Source of the DNA: a virus
IMG/VR virus record: IMGVR_UViG_3300021139_000002
Coordinates: 1 to 64,000 of that record
DNA length: 64,000 bases
Direction: 5' to 3' (one strand)
How positions within the stretch are numbered: position 1 is the stretch's first letter; every line of letters starts with the position of its first letter. Both the position numbers and the translations under genes were made by a program. Of the stretch, positions 8,865 through 18,600 are shown in pieces. A model generated the notes under the pieces. It ran no database searches, was not told where the DNA came from, and saw nothing but the letters and a program-made list of their open reading frames with translations.

Positions 8865-9830
8865 ATGGCATCTACAATCACAAATTTAATCAACACTATT
8901 AATGTTGCATTTCCTGTCGCAGGGCAAGACAACGATAGTCAAGGGTTCAGAGATAATTTCAACATTATTCAACAATCGCTTCTAGCAACAGAAAGCGAAA
9001 TTGAAAATATTCAAAATACGGTCAACACATTAGGTGGTAGTGTTTATAGCACAGCTACACACATCGTTGCATTACAAGATGTATCTATTGGAACTGCAAC
9101 AAATGTTGTATTGAGTGTAGATCAAGGTACTGGAGACTTAATTATTACAGGTGATTCAGCATCGGGAGTTGTAGTAACATTATCCGAACAGGTTACTGCT
9201 ACGGTTGTAAATGCGTTAACTGATTCTGTAACTAACTCAACTACAGGAACATTCGGAGTGCAAGATGTTAAGAACATATTAACAGGTGCAACCGTTTATT
9301 TCCAAAGTCAAACACGTACGGTAACTAGCGTAGATCATAGTACAAATTATATCACCGTTACTCCAGAATTTACGGTTCCTCCGTTTAGTGTAGGGACTAT
9401 TTTAACATTCCAAAATCCGTACAATAACCCAGTTGGCAACTTGTATATCACTGGTGATATCTTTGCTTCAGGAAATATTACCGCGTATGCAGGTGCTCCA
9501 TCTGATGCAAGACTTAAAGAAAATGTTGTTACCATTACAGATGCACTTTCTAAAGTCAACTCGATGCGTGGTGTATTTTATGATTGGACTGACAGCTATC
9601 TTGAAATGCTTAACTTCTCTCCGTTGTTACCAAAACACGATACAGGCGTTATAGCACAAGAAGTACAAGAAGTTGTACCGGAAATTGTTTTCATGAAATC
9701 AAACGGTGATTTGGGTGTTAAGTATGAAAAACTTGCTGGATTCTTTATTGAAGCCATTAAAGAATTAAGTGCAAAAGTTGATACATTACAAGCTCAAGTA
9801 AATGCATTAACTACAGGCACCAATGTTTAA
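8865..9830 (+). CDS. Tail fibre/spike-like protein with C-terminal intramolecular chaperone (peptidase S74)
   Basis: SDARLKENV, GVIAQEV..V.PE.V, V.YEKL…EAIKEL; TAAATA 8829. Confidence 0.85.
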   Translation: MASTITNLINTINVAFPVAGQDNDSQGFRDNFNIIQQSLLATESEIENIQNTVNTLGGSVYSTATHIVALQDVSIGTATNVVLSVDQGTGDLIITGDSASGVVVTLSEQVTATVVNALTDSVTNSTTGTFGVQDVKNILTGATVYFQSQTRTVTSVDHSTNYITVTPEFTVPPFSVGTILTFQNPYNNPVGNLYITGDIFASGNITAYAGAPSDARLKENVVTITDALSKVNSMRGVFYDWTDSYLEMLNFSPLLPKHDTGVIAQEVQEVVPEIVFMKSNGDLGVKYEKLAGFFIEAIKELSAKVDTLQAQVNALTTGTNV

Positions 9831-10068
9831 TCCTCTAATTGAAAATATTAGTAAATTAAAAGACCAAGATCTAGAAAAAAAGATTTTAGATCTTAGTCAA
9901 AAATATGGTATGGCATTAAGATTGGGTCAGGGCGGACTAGCACAACAGATCGTTATTACTTTAGAATCTTATAAAGAAGAATACAGAATTCGTCAAGCTC
10001 AATCATTGCAAAAAATACAAGAAAAACAAAAAGACCAAGGAATAGACGATCTTATAAATGTCAAATGA
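9823..10068 (+). CDS. Hypothetical helical protein
   Basis: 81-aa ORF overlapping neighbours. Confidence 0.65.
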   Translation: MFNPLIENISKLKDQDLEKKILDLSQKYGMALRLGQGGLAQQIVITLESYKEEYRIRQAQSLQKIQEKQKDQGIDDLINVK

Positions 10069-10612
10069 TCAAGCACAATTTGTATGGCCTACTACATTTG
10101 CCTGTACACTAATTTCAGATAACAACATAATTCCAAACTTATACTCCATAAGTGTTAGCATAGTTCCTATTGAAAATTCACCAGGCGACATATCTTTAGG
10201 TTATAAAAGGTTAAGATACTTTGTCGACGAATACTTAAACCATAGTGTGTTTATTTGTAAAGATAATCCACTTGTTCCGTCTTTATCAAACATTAACACC
10301 AATTTGGTAATTTTGCCAACTGAACCATACGACTACTTTGTTGGTAGTGTGCTGTTCACAAAATTTTTAGTAATAACTGAAAAATATTTCCATGTTGACG
10401 TTATTACTATTGACAGCTCCGTAGGAGATCATGTAAGCTATACTTTATTAGATCCAAATGAATGTGGGTTAGATTTAGATGGCGATCATTGGTGGAATTC
10501 AGACTCAACTTATACTGGACATGGTTCAGATACAAGTTGGGGAGAGTTAGTTGATCAAACAGCGCCTAGATTCGAACCCCGAGTCATCAAAGGCGGAAAA
10601 AGTGAAGATTGA
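10058..10612 (+). CDS. Hypothetical protein, possible degenerate QueD/T-fold paralog
   Basis: LRYFVDEYLNHSVFICKDNP…LVILP aligns by eye with QueD LKKILEDQFDHTLIVAADDP…IVVLP; lacks CxxxHG. Confidence 0.5.
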   Translation: MSNDQAQFVWPTTFACTLISDNNIIPNLYSISVSIVPIENSPGDISLGYKRLRYFVDEYLNHSVFICKDNPLVPSLSNINTNLVILPTEPYDYFVGSVLFTKFLVITEKYFHVDVITIDSSVGDHVSYTLLDPNECGLDLDGDHWWNSDSTYTGHGSDTSWGELVDQTAPRFEPRVIKGGKSED

Positions 10613-11135
10613 CAATTACGGTCGAGTATCAATAACAGAACAAGAAGCATTTGACGCAATATACACAGGTAAACTAAAAAGTTTAGACGGTGTAACAATC
10701 GACGGCAATATTGAAAAATATAATCTCGGCCGAACACAAAACGCAGATCGTATCCCTACACTTCTTCCTCAAGAAGATCTATCAGAAATCAGTAAAGAAT
10801 TCTTTGACGAATCTAACCAATGTAATTGGTTCATGCCAAATGATTACTGCCCAAACTTAGTAGAAATGCTGTACGGCATGTGTACTACTCCAGAGCAAAC
10901 AGATAGAGTAAGCCAAGAATTAAAATTGTTTATCGAGCACGGAATGTTTGATCTACTATTTTATCTCAAATATCTTGTTGATACTATGAGACAAAATAAA
11001 ATCGTTTGGGGTGTAGGACGTGGCAGTAGTGTAGCAAGTTATGTACTCTTTTTAATAGGGGTTCATAAAATTGACAGCCTTAAATACAATCTAGATATAC
11101 ACGAATTTCTAAAGGAGAAACAAAATGGTCTATAA
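10602..11135 (+). CDS. DNA polymerase III alpha (DnaE)-like fragment
   Basis: WGVGRGSSVASYVLFLIGVHKID.LKY.L…FL matches the DnaE GPGRGS region; GTG start inferred. Confidence 0.8.
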   Translation: MKIDNYGRVSITEQEAFDAIYTGKLKSLDGVTIDGNIEKYNLGRTQNADRIPTLLPQEDLSEISKEFFDESNQCNWFMPNDYCPNLVEMLYGMCTTPEQTDRVSQELKLFIEHGMFDLLFYLKYLVDTMRQNKIVWGVGRGSSVASYVLFLIGVHKIDSLKYNLDIHEFLKEKQNGL

Positions 11136-11403
11136 AACAATGCAGGGTAAAGTTATCGATATGGAAAAATTAATGCAACAGAACGAGTTGACACCTGCTG
11201 TAGGAAATGCTAAAATGAATGCTAGAGGTGACAAGTTAGGTGCTGGTGGCAAGATTGTTCAAACTAGAGAAGAAATTGTCGCAGAGTATTACGAAACAAA
11301 TCCAAAGGCTGCTAAAGCAAATAAAGCACCAGCGGTTCAAACTATCGTAGAAGAACCTGTTGCACCTGTAAAAAATAAAAATAACCCACAGGGAACTAAA
11401 TGA
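11125..11403 (+). CDS. Conserved hypothetical protein
   Basis: AVGN.KMNARGD.LG.GG motif; AAGGAG SD. Confidence 0.7.
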   Translation: MVYKTMQGKVIDMEKLMQQNELTPAVGNAKMNARGDKLGAGGKIVQTREEIVAEYYETNPKAAKANKAPAVQTIVEEPVAPVKNKNNPQGTK

Positions 11404-11741
11404 AAGTTGAAGGAACTATTGTCCCGTTACGCAATATGATTATTGCTAGCGATATGGAATTTGGAAACGAAACGTTAAAAAGCGGACTCATAGTCCTAAG
11501 CGATAACGGTAAAACTAGAGGTATTCGCCCTCGCTGGTGCAAGGTATTTGCTGTAGGACCAGAACAAACAGATGTAACAATTGGTCAATGGGTCTGTGTA
11601 GAACACGGACGTTGGGGACGGACTATCGAACTTGATGTTGGAGAAGACGATCCTATTGAACTCAGAGTCATCGATCCTAATGCTGTCATGATGATTGCAG
11701 ACGAAAAACCAGACGATGTAACTCTTATCAAGAAAGACTAA
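11400..11741 (+). CDS. groES: GroES-like co-chaperonin
   Basis: PLRNMII, mobile loop KSGLIV, VFAVGP, V.IGQ.V. Confidence 0.75.
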   Translation: MKVEGTIVPLRNMIIASDMEFGNETLKSGLIVLSDNGKTRGIRPRWCKVFAVGPEQTDVTIGQWVCVEHGRWGRTIELDVGEDDPIELRVIDPNAVMMIADEKPDDVTLIKKD

Positions 11742-11742
11742 C

Positions 11743-11982
11743 ATGGGACACAAGTATCAAGTTGATGTAGCATCAATTGCTGGACAGATCAATGCTGCCG
11801 TATATGAGCAGTCCAGTGGCTACAACGACGGATTTATCGGTTGGGGATACAAACAAGACCTTTATAGAATCAAATGGATCTTAGATGAAGCCCTTAAAAG
11901 ATCCCCAACATACTCCGGAGAGCAAGAGTGGATCCGCGAGCAAGAAAAGAAACAAGTAATTAAAATCCTGTCCGGAAAATGA
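11743..11982 (+). CDS. Hypothetical protein
   Basis: 79-aa ORF in operon. Confidence 0.65.
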   Translation: MGHKYQVDVASIAGQINAAVYEQSSGYNDGFIGWGYKQDLYRIKWILDEALKRSPTYSGEQEWIREQEKKQVIKILSGK

Positions 11983-12134
11983 AACTATTATACGACGACT
12001 ACAACGATGTATGGGTGTGGGTCGAAACTAACGACCACAATACTGAACTAAGTCCAAGATTTGATGAAGAAGAAGATGCTAAATTTTGGATGAGTAGAAT
12101 TATCAATATAGTGAAGAAAAATGATATTCAATAA
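11979..12134 (+). CDS. Small hypothetical protein
   Basis: Hand-translated MKLLYDDYNDVWVWVE… (51 aa); ATGA overlap. Confidence 0.55.
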   Translation: MKLLYDDYNDVWVWVETNDHNTELSPRFDEEEDAKFWMSRIINIVKKNDIQ

Positions 12135-12585
12135 AATTAAAGATCTCAAATCCAAAGGCTTAAAAATTGGAATAACTTTTAGTACATTTGACCTGCTTCA
12201 TGCAGGTCATATTGCTATGTTAGCTGAAGCCAAAAATCACTGCGATTACCTAATTGCAGGACTTCAAACTGATCCAACTATCGATCGTCCGGATACAAAA
12301 AATAAGCCTGTACAGAGCATTGTGGAAAGACAAATTCAATTAGCCTCTTGCAGATTTGTTGACGAGGTAGTAGTATATACAACAGAGCAAGACTTAATTG
12401 ATCTTATTCTTATTTTACCAATTGATGTTCGAATTCTAGGCGTTGAATATCAAAGCCAAGATTTTACAGGTCGTGCAGAAGGTGCTCATAAGAATATAGA
12501 ACATGTCTTTAATAGTAGAGACCATAGTTTTAGTTCATCTAGTCTACGTAAACGTGTAGCATCAGCAGAAGGAAAAAAGAAATGA
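12121..12585 (+). CDS. Cytidylyltransferase (TagD/glycerol-3-phosphate cytidylyltransferase-like)
   Basis: TFDLLHAGH, VDEV, R….SSSSLR. Confidence 0.85.
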   Translation: MIFNKIKDLKSKGLKIGITFSTFDLLHAGHIAMLAEAKNHCDYLIAGLQTDPTIDRPDTKNKPVQSIVERQIQLASCRFVDEVVVYTTEQDLIDLILILPIDVRILGVEYQSQDFTGRAEGAHKNIEHVFNSRDHSFSSSSLRKRVASAEGKKK

Positions 12586-12782
12586 AAGAGTTTGTAGTTA
12601 AAGAAAACGACGGTTTCAGACTTCGTGTTAAATCATGGAAGTGTTTAAACCCTAATGATTTAAATTCTATTGAATTTATCCAGGAAACTTTAAGAGAGGG
12701 TGATGTTGAGCAAAGTTCAGCTTACAATTTCTTTATGACCGACAACGAAATTAAAACACTTGCAGAAGGATTATCATCATGA
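12582..12782 (+). CDS. Hypothetical protein
   Basis: 66-aa ORF with ATGA overlaps. Confidence 0.6.
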   Translation: MKEFVVKENDGFRLRVKSWKCLNPNDLNSIEFIQETLREGDVEQSSAYNFFMTDNEIKTLAEGLSS

Positions 12783-13186
12783 GTAGTGGATATGCAATAC
12801 CTGAGGCAAATTATGAAGAAGCAGCTAAAGTAATGGCGGTACCAAATGAAAAAGTAAAGAAACTAGGTTTCTTTAAACGTTGGTTACTTAAATCAGTTAA
12901 AGATGTTGTAAAAGCAGAACGAGACTTAAATGAATTTCGAACAAATATAATTTCTAATCAGAAAAGTACCAGGATAGGAATTCAACTAGACTCTAAAAGT
13001 ATCGATCAACCAGAACGAGCAATTCAGTTTACTATCTATACAGCCAACGGCGGTCGTGTTGTTGAAACTAGACGATATGATAGAAAAACTGATCGTCATA
13101 CTAACGGCCTGTATGTCATTACTAACGATCAAGATTTTGGTCGTGAAATTGATAAAATCATTTCTATGGAGAGTTTGCGTGGATAA
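12779..13186 (+). CDS. Hypothetical protein
   Basis: 135-aa ORF with ATGA overlap. Confidence 0.7.
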   Translation: MSSGYAIPEANYEEAAKVMAVPNEKVKKLGFFKRWLLKSVKDVVKAERDLNEFRTNIISNQKSTRIGIQLDSKSIDQPERAIQFTIYTANGGRVVETRRYDRKTDRHTNGLYVITNDQDFGREIDKIISMESLRG

Positions 13187-13430
13187 ATGTAATGTTTGTC
13201 ACAACCAATATAGTCCAGATTGTGACTGGAATCAAGGACGATGCCCTAATCATCCACCTATGATTAAAATTCAACCTAAAGATACAAGCCGAGGGCATTT
13301 TATTGTTAGTCTTGTAAAGAGTTTAATTCGTATCGGTGCAGGCAGTGCATTGATTATGGGCCATATTTGGTGGGCAGGCTTTTTGCTAATCTTTGCAGAA
13401 TTTTTAGGCATTTTAGAGGAAATAGTATGA
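13179..13430 (+). CDS. Small protein with Cys-rich N-terminus and C-terminal TM hairpin
   Basis: GTG start after GGAGAG; CxxC…C…C, then SLVKS.IRI…AE.LGI.EE. Confidence 0.55.
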   Translation: MDKCNVCHNQYSPDCDWNQGRCPNHPPMIKIQPKDTSRGHFIVSLVKSLIRIGAGSALIMGHIWWAGFLLIFAEFLGILEEIV

Positions 13431-14344
13431 AAGAACTTTGGACAGAAAAGTATCGTCCTAAAAAAATTGATGACTATGTGTTCCGTGATGCGGCACAACG
13501 TAAACAAGTCGAGTCTTGGATCAAAGAAGGCAGTATTCCCCATCTGTTGTTAAGTGGTGCTGCCGGCATTGGTAAGACTACACTTGCTAAAGTTCTTTGT
13601 AATGAATTAGGTATTGAAGATTTTGACATTTTAGAAATCAACGCAAGTCGAGATAATAACGTAGACACCGTACGTGACAAGATTGTCAACTTTGTACAAA
13701 TGATTCCGTTTGGACCATTTAAGGTTGTATTGCTTGACGAAGCAGATTACTTAACTCCTAACGCACAGGCTATCTTGCGTGGTGTTATGGAACAATACTC
13801 TAGCACCAGCCGATTCATTCTAACCTGTAACTATCCCAATCGTATCATTCCTGCGATTCATAGTCGCTGTCAAGGATACCATGTTGAGAAAACTGATCAA
13901 ACAGAATTCACTGCTCGTGTTGCTACAATTTTAGTCAACGAAGGTATTGACTTTGATTTAGATACATTAGATACTTACGTCAAGTCTACCTATCCAGATT
14001 TGCGTAAATGTATCAACATGGTACAACAACATATTACAGGTACACAACTTGCGGCACCTAGCGCAGAAGCAGACTCCGGTGACTACCGCATCGAGATGGT
14101 CGAGTTGTTTAAAAAGGGTAAAATTCCCGAAGCACGTAAATTGTTATGTGCTAAAGCTCGTCCAGAAGAAATTGAAGATATCTTCCGTTGGATGTATGAC
14201 AACTTAGATTTGTTTGGAAAAACTGAAGAAACTAAAGATAGTGCATTGTTAATTATTAAACAAGGACTAGTTGATCATACACTGATTGCAGATCCAGAAA
14301 TTAACCTTGCGGCCTGCTTGGTGAAGCTGGCAAGATTACAATAA
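13427..14344 (+). CDS. Clamp loader AAA+ subunit (RFC/T4 gp44-like)
   Basis: W.EKYRP, GAAGIGKTT, INAS, LLDEAD, SRC. Confidence 0.93.
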   Translation: MKELWTEKYRPKKIDDYVFRDAAQRKQVESWIKEGSIPHLLLSGAAGIGKTTLAKVLCNELGIEDFDILEINASRDNNVDTVRDKIVNFVQMIPFGPFKVVLLDEADYLTPNAQAILRGVMEQYSSTSRFILTCNYPNRIIPAIHSRCQGYHVEKTDQTEFTARVATILVNEGIDFDLDTLDTYVKSTYPDLRKCINMVQQHITGTQLAAPSAEADSGDYRIEMVELFKKGKIPEARKLLCAKARPEEIEDIFRWMYDNLDLFGKTEETKDSALLIIKQGLVDHTLIADPEINLAACLVKLARLQ

Positions 14345-14346
14345 AC

Positions 14347-14388
14347 AGAACCGCATAGTCGGTTGCAGGTCGAGTACTATGCGGTTCT
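14347..14388. terminator. Hairpin between convergent genes (probable bidirectional terminator)
   Basis: AGAACCGCATAGT / ACTATGCGGTTCT 13-bp inverted repeat. Confidence 0.7.
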
Positions 14389-14410
14389 ATTATGTTAAGT
14401 ATTGTTAGAT

Positions 14411-15169
14411 TTACTCGTTATCAATCTCCTTATAGATACTTAAAATTTCCTTCACTACAGGATGACGCTCGACATCTTTAGTCTCAAACCTTGCCATAGC
14501 TATCATACGATAATCACCTCCTTGGCCGTACAATGAGCAGAATTCTAGCAGACCGTTTTCTCTTGGCCGATCAGCCTGGTTTAAGTCGCCGGTTACTACC
14601 ATACGTGAGTTTTCACCCAAACGTGTTAGTAGCATTTTCATCTGTGAGGGTGTTGCGTTTTGCATTTCGTCTGCAACGATAAACGCATTTTTAAAAGTAC
14701 GACCACGCATATAAGCAAGTGGACTGATTTCAATCACACCGTCTTCTAGCATTTCCTGGATTTCTCTAGGATGATAGTACTCTTCGAAAACATCAAAAAT
14801 GGGACGAGTCCATGGTTCCATTTTTTGGTTTAGTGTTCCTGGTAAGAATCCATGTTCTTCATCAACACTAACCGCGGGTCTTGTAACAATAATCTTATTG
14901 ATTGATCCTTCTTTAAATAGTTTAATAGCCATTTGCACAGCCAGCATTGTTTTACCCGTACCCGCAGGTCCGATGGCAAAAACAATGAATTTTCTTGGAT
15001 TTTTTAACAATTCTAAATAGTTTTCCTGCGAAATATTTCGTGGAACTATTAGAACTTGTTGCTTTCTTTTCAAATAGGGCTTGATAGCTATCAAGTTATT
15101 TGACTCAGGCATAGATCGAGGATCTCGATTTACCTGCTCTTTGATGTTACGTCGTTTGGCTCTAGGCAA
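14411..15169 (-). CDS. phoH: PhoH-family ATPase
   Basis: GPAGTGKT, TRP.V, GFLPG, YMRGRTF, DE.QN, GDLNQ.D, RH; TTG start with AAGGAGG SD. Confidence 0.95.
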   Translation of the reverse strand: MPRAKRRNIKEQVNRDPRSMPESNNLIAIKPYLKRKQQVLIVPRNISQENYLELLKNPRKFIVFAIGPAGTGKTMLAVQMAIKLFKEGSINKIIVTRPAVSVDEEHGFLPGTLNQKMEPWTRPIFDVFEEYYHPREIQEMLEDGVIEISPLAYMRGRTFKNAFIVADEMQNATPSQMKMLLTRLGENSRMVVTGDLNQADRPRENGLLEFCSLYGQGGDYRMIAMARFETKDVERHPVVKEILSIYKEIDNE

Positions 15170-15292
15170 TTTTACCTCCTTGGCAATATCGACCTGCGTA
15201 GATATTTACATTCATTTGAAAAAAATGGCGTGTAATGCCTTTAAATTGATCCTGACATCCTAGCATAAATAAAAACAATAAAGAGAATAACT

Positions 15293-15832
15293 ATGCACGA
15301 CATCATCGACATAATTAAAAACGTACAGACTTTAAGCGAAAACAATAATGCTTTTAAGGTTCTAAAAGACTTTGAACGAGTGATTGACGAGCTAGATATC
15401 TACGTATTTAAAAACTGGGAAGAAGGAGAGCTTCTGTCCGGACCTGACGTAAACAGATACAGCGTTACCTGTGCGTTTATGTGGCCCAAGGAAGAAATGC
15501 CAGATCCCGAAGGCGCACAGCGTTTAAATGATTATGGATGTAAAGTTGTTTATAAGAAAACACACATAATGGTTCCTAGAAAAATCAAGACACCCGCTGA
15601 CTATCGTCCAGGTACCAAGAAAGGCAAAATTGATGCACACCCAGTTTGGGTTGTAGAAATTACAATGCCTAAGAAATTGATGCAAGATATATACATAGGT
15701 AAAGAAAATCAAGAGCACAATCAAATGGCAGAATTTATGAAGTATCGTCAAGATGCTAGTGTTGATTCTAACGAAGTTGCTCAGGAGTCCCCAGAAAATG
15801 CAGAAGCAGAAACAACACCACCAAGCGCTTAA
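15293..15832 (+). CDS. Conserved hypothetical late protein
   Basis: 179-aa ORF downstream of TAAATA 15266. Confidence 0.75.
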   Translation: MHDIIDIIKNVQTLSENNNAFKVLKDFERVIDELDIYVFKNWEEGELLSGPDVNRYSVTCAFMWPKEEMPDPEGAQRLNDYGCKVVYKKTHIMVPRKIKTPADYRPGTKKGKIDAHPVWVVEITMPKKLMQDIYIGKENQEHNQMAEFMKYRQDASVDSNEVAQESPENAEAETTPPSA

Positions 15833-16559
15833 CGAAGGTCTACGTCCTAATGACTTAGAAGAGTTTGTTAGTGATCTATTCACCGTAGATCAGTACCGTA
15901 GTAAGATGGGTGAAGACAAAGACATTGTTGTCTTAGGATTCCGTGTCAATGAAAAATATCCTGCAACTGATTTAATGGAATTTCTTGAAAGAGGATACAA
16001 CTACATTTTAGATGCTGACATGAGCACAGGTGAAGAAAATGATGGAAAGTACCAAGTGTTTGTTGAAATAGAAAGAACCAACAAATTACCAGGACAATTA
16101 AGAGATATTCTTCGAGGCATTGGACAACTTACAAATATTAAAGAATGGCGATTTAGATATCAAAAGCAACCTAGTAGTGTAGAGTTCAGTGAAGAAACCG
16201 TTATGGAACATATTCCATTAACACCTGTAGAATACGAATCAAAAATTTTAGAAATAAAAAATATCGATGTTAAGGAATTCTTTGACCAAGGTAGTATGGA
16301 TGTAGAACTCGACGAAGATAATAATTTAACATTTAGAAAACCATACTCCGGAGATGTTACTGCAAAATTTATTGCCATCGGTGATTATGAAGATGTTAAA
16401 CATACGGTTGCTGGTGGAATTAGTCTAGACGAAAGCAGCCAAAGCCAAGTGTTATTTTTAAACAAATACATTGGCAACTACGATATCAATAAGATAGGAA
16501 ATAAGTTTTTAATTAGAAACGGCAGTAAAGCAGTAGTAATTGAAAAAGGTAGGTGGTAA
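15798..16559 (+). CDS. Conserved hypothetical protein
   Basis: ATG 15798 with AGGAG upstream; long ORF. Confidence 0.75.
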   Translation: MQKQKQHHQALNEGLRPNDLEEFVSDLFTVDQYRSKMGEDKDIVVLGFRVNEKYPATDLMEFLERGYNYILDADMSTGEENDGKYQVFVEIERTNKLPGQLRDILRGIGQLTNIKEWRFRYQKQPSSVEFSEETVMEHIPLTPVEYESKILEIKNIDVKEFFDQGSMDVELDEDNNLTFRKPYSGDVTAKFIAIGDYEDVKHTVAGGISLDESSQSQVLFLNKYIGNYDINKIGNKFLIRNGSKAVVIEKGRW

Positions 16560-17045
16560 ATGTGGCAGATAAATTGGATACTTAGTTTAGTATCTGAAGC
16601 AGTTTGGACTTCTCTTTTAATTGGAAGCCTAATAGCCCTTGCAGGAACTTATGTATTAAAGTTCATTAAACCTTTTGCAATCTACGGAAGCATTATTCGT
16701 CCGGTTGCTATAATCATTGCCTTCTTTGCAGTTTATTGGCAAGGAGGCTTTGATAACGAAAAGAAGTGGCAGGCCAAAGTTAAAGAAATGGAAAGCAAGG
16801 TTGCTGTAGCAGAAGCTGAAAGTAAAGATGCTAACACGGAACTTGTAAAAGTAAAAAAGAAAAAATCCAAAGTTAGAAAAGAGTACATTACAACGGTAAA
16901 AGAACGTATTGTGGAAAAAGAAAAACTAATCGATGCTGAATGCAAAATAGATCCAAGCGTTCCACAAATCTTAAATGATGCCGCTAGGAATATCGCTAAA
17001 AAGGGAACCGTAACAATAGGACCAATAGAAGAGGTGAAGAAATGA
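16560..17045 (+). CDS. Probable inner-membrane spanin (Rz-like)
   Basis: N-terminal TMs, coiled coil, C-terminal Cys; precedes a lipoprotein in the lysis cluster. Confidence 0.6.
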   Translation: MWQINWILSLVSEAVWTSLLIGSLIALAGTYVLKFIKPFAIYGSIIRPVAIIIAFFAVYWQGGFDNEKKWQAKVKEMESKVAVAEAESKDANTELVKVKKKKSKVRKEYITTVKERIVEKEKLIDAECKIDPSVPQILNDAARNIAKKGTVTIGPIEEVKK

Positions 17046-17308
17046 GATACTTAGTCATTCCTTTATTGTTGCTATCTGCATGTTCCACTACCGTTCCTGT
17101 AACTATGAAGTTTCCAGAGGCACCTAGTGAATTGATGCAGGCATGCCCTGACTTAAAAACTTTAGATCCTAATACTACAAAATTAAGTGATATATTAGAA
17201 GTTGTTACAGACAACTACGGCCAATACTACGATTGTAAAGCAAACGTAGATGATTGGATAGAGTGGTATAACACTCAAAAGAAAATATTTGATAAGGTAA
17301 GTAAATGA
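17042..17308 (+). CDS. Probable outer-membrane spanin lipoprotein (Rz1-like)
   Basis: Lipobox LSAC; Pro-rich FPEAP.ELM..CPDL. Confidence 0.7.
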   Translation: MRYLVIPLLLLSACSTTVPVTMKFPEAPSELMQACPDLKTLDPNTTKLSDILEVVTDNYGQYYDCKANVDDWIEWYNTQKKIFDKVSK

Positions 17309-17712
17309 AAAAACTACTATTAGCAGGTTTAACAACTATGACCTTATCAGGGTGTGCATTTGTTGATGCATACTTAATGACCAACTTTGATCCTAACGAA
17401 TATCAAATAATCACCGGTGTTCGCTTGCAAGCACAGCAGGCAAAAGCACAATGCGATGATGCCGCTGTAAGCAAAACTAATTCTGTTAAGATCGAATCAG
17501 ATACACAATTGTTTGTGCTGTATAGCGAGCACATTCCTCGCAACAAGGACCTAATAGAGGCCAGCAAAAATTTACACGATATTGCCAAAGGGTTAAGCGA
17601 CCAATACGGCAAAGGTGATAAAGTAAGTCCTGCATTTTGTAAGATTAAGTTTCAAAGTATAGAAACATCTGCAGATAGGATCCAGGACGTTGTTGCAAGG
17701 AGACCTAGATGA
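17305..17712 (+). CDS. Lipoprotein of unknown function
   Basis: Signal peptide with lipobox LSGC. Confidence 0.7.
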   Translation: MKKLLLAGLTTMTLSGCAFVDAYLMTNFDPNEYQIITGVRLQAQQAKAQCDDAAVSKTNSVKIESDTQLFVLYSEHIPRNKDLIEASKNLHDIAKGLSDQYGKGDKVSPAFCKIKFQSIETSADRIQDVVARRPR

Positions 17713-17969
17713 GCGTAGAACAACACCAACAAGCACTAGAAGTTAGTTACAATGGATCACAAGATCCTAATGTACAACAGGCAGCGTCTACTGCCAACCA
17801 ATATACAGAAATGTTAAAAACAGGTCAAATAACTAAAGACGAGTATGTACAACTTATGGAAGACATCGTTAGAACAAATAACATCAATAAGAATGTAGAT
17901 AATCAACAAGTCTTAGAATATATGAATACTGCAATTAACGGATTAATAACATTGGCATCATTAGCATAA
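17709..17969 (+). CDS. Hypothetical protein
   Basis: 86-aa ORF with ATGA overlap. Confidence 0.65.
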   Translation: MSVEQHQQALEVSYNGSQDPNVQQAASTANQYTEMLKTGQITKDEYVQLMEDIVRTNNINKNVDNQQVLEYMNTAINGLITLASLA

Positions 17970-17978
17970 GGAATATAT

Positions 17979-18599
17979 ATGTCAGACTTTATTTTAACAC
18001 AGGATCAATTGGCCCAGATACTTCCGGGTAATCCTTACATTGAACACTGGTACCATGCACTATCAGAAGCACTACCAGATTACGATATTACATCACCGCA
18101 ACGTATTGCTTGTTTCTTAGCACAATGCGCTCACGAAAGTGGAGGGTTTACTGCTATCCAAGAAAACTTAAACTACAAAGCAGAAAGCCTATGCCGCGTA
18201 TGGCCTAGATATTTTAACGCAGGTAATGCCGACGACTACGCACATCAACCAGAAAAAATTGCCAACAGAGCATACGCAGGTCGTATGGGCAATGGTCCAG
18301 AAGAAAGCGGAGATGGTTGGAAATTTTGCGGGCGTGGATTAATTCAATTAACAGGTCGCCAAAACTACCAAGCGTTTGCAGATAGTTTGCAAATGAGCAT
18401 CGACGATGTTCCAGAATATCTAGCCACATTTGAGGGCGCTGTACAATCAGCATGTTTCTTCTGGGAAAGCAATAACCTAAATCAATGGGCTGACAAAAGC
18501 GACATGACAACACTAACTAAAAAAATTAACGGGGGAACATTAGGACTAGAAGATCGTATGAACCGTTATCAGCACGTATTATCAATATTAGGAGCATAA
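17979..18599 (+). CDS. Glycoside hydrolase family 19 endolysin
   Basis: FLAQ..HESGGF….ENLNY, GRGLIQLTGR.NY, INGG..GL.DR. Confidence 0.92.
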   Translation: MSDFILTQDQLAQILPGNPYIEHWYHALSEALPDYDITSPQRIACFLAQCAHESGGFTAIQENLNYKAESLCRVWPRYFNAGNADDYAHQPEKIANRAYAGRMGNGPEESGDGWKFCGRGLIQLTGRQNYQAFADSLQMSIDDVPEYLATFEGAVQSACFFWESNNLNQWADKSDMTTLTKKINGGTLGLEDRMNRYQHVLSILGA

Positions 18600-18600
18600 A

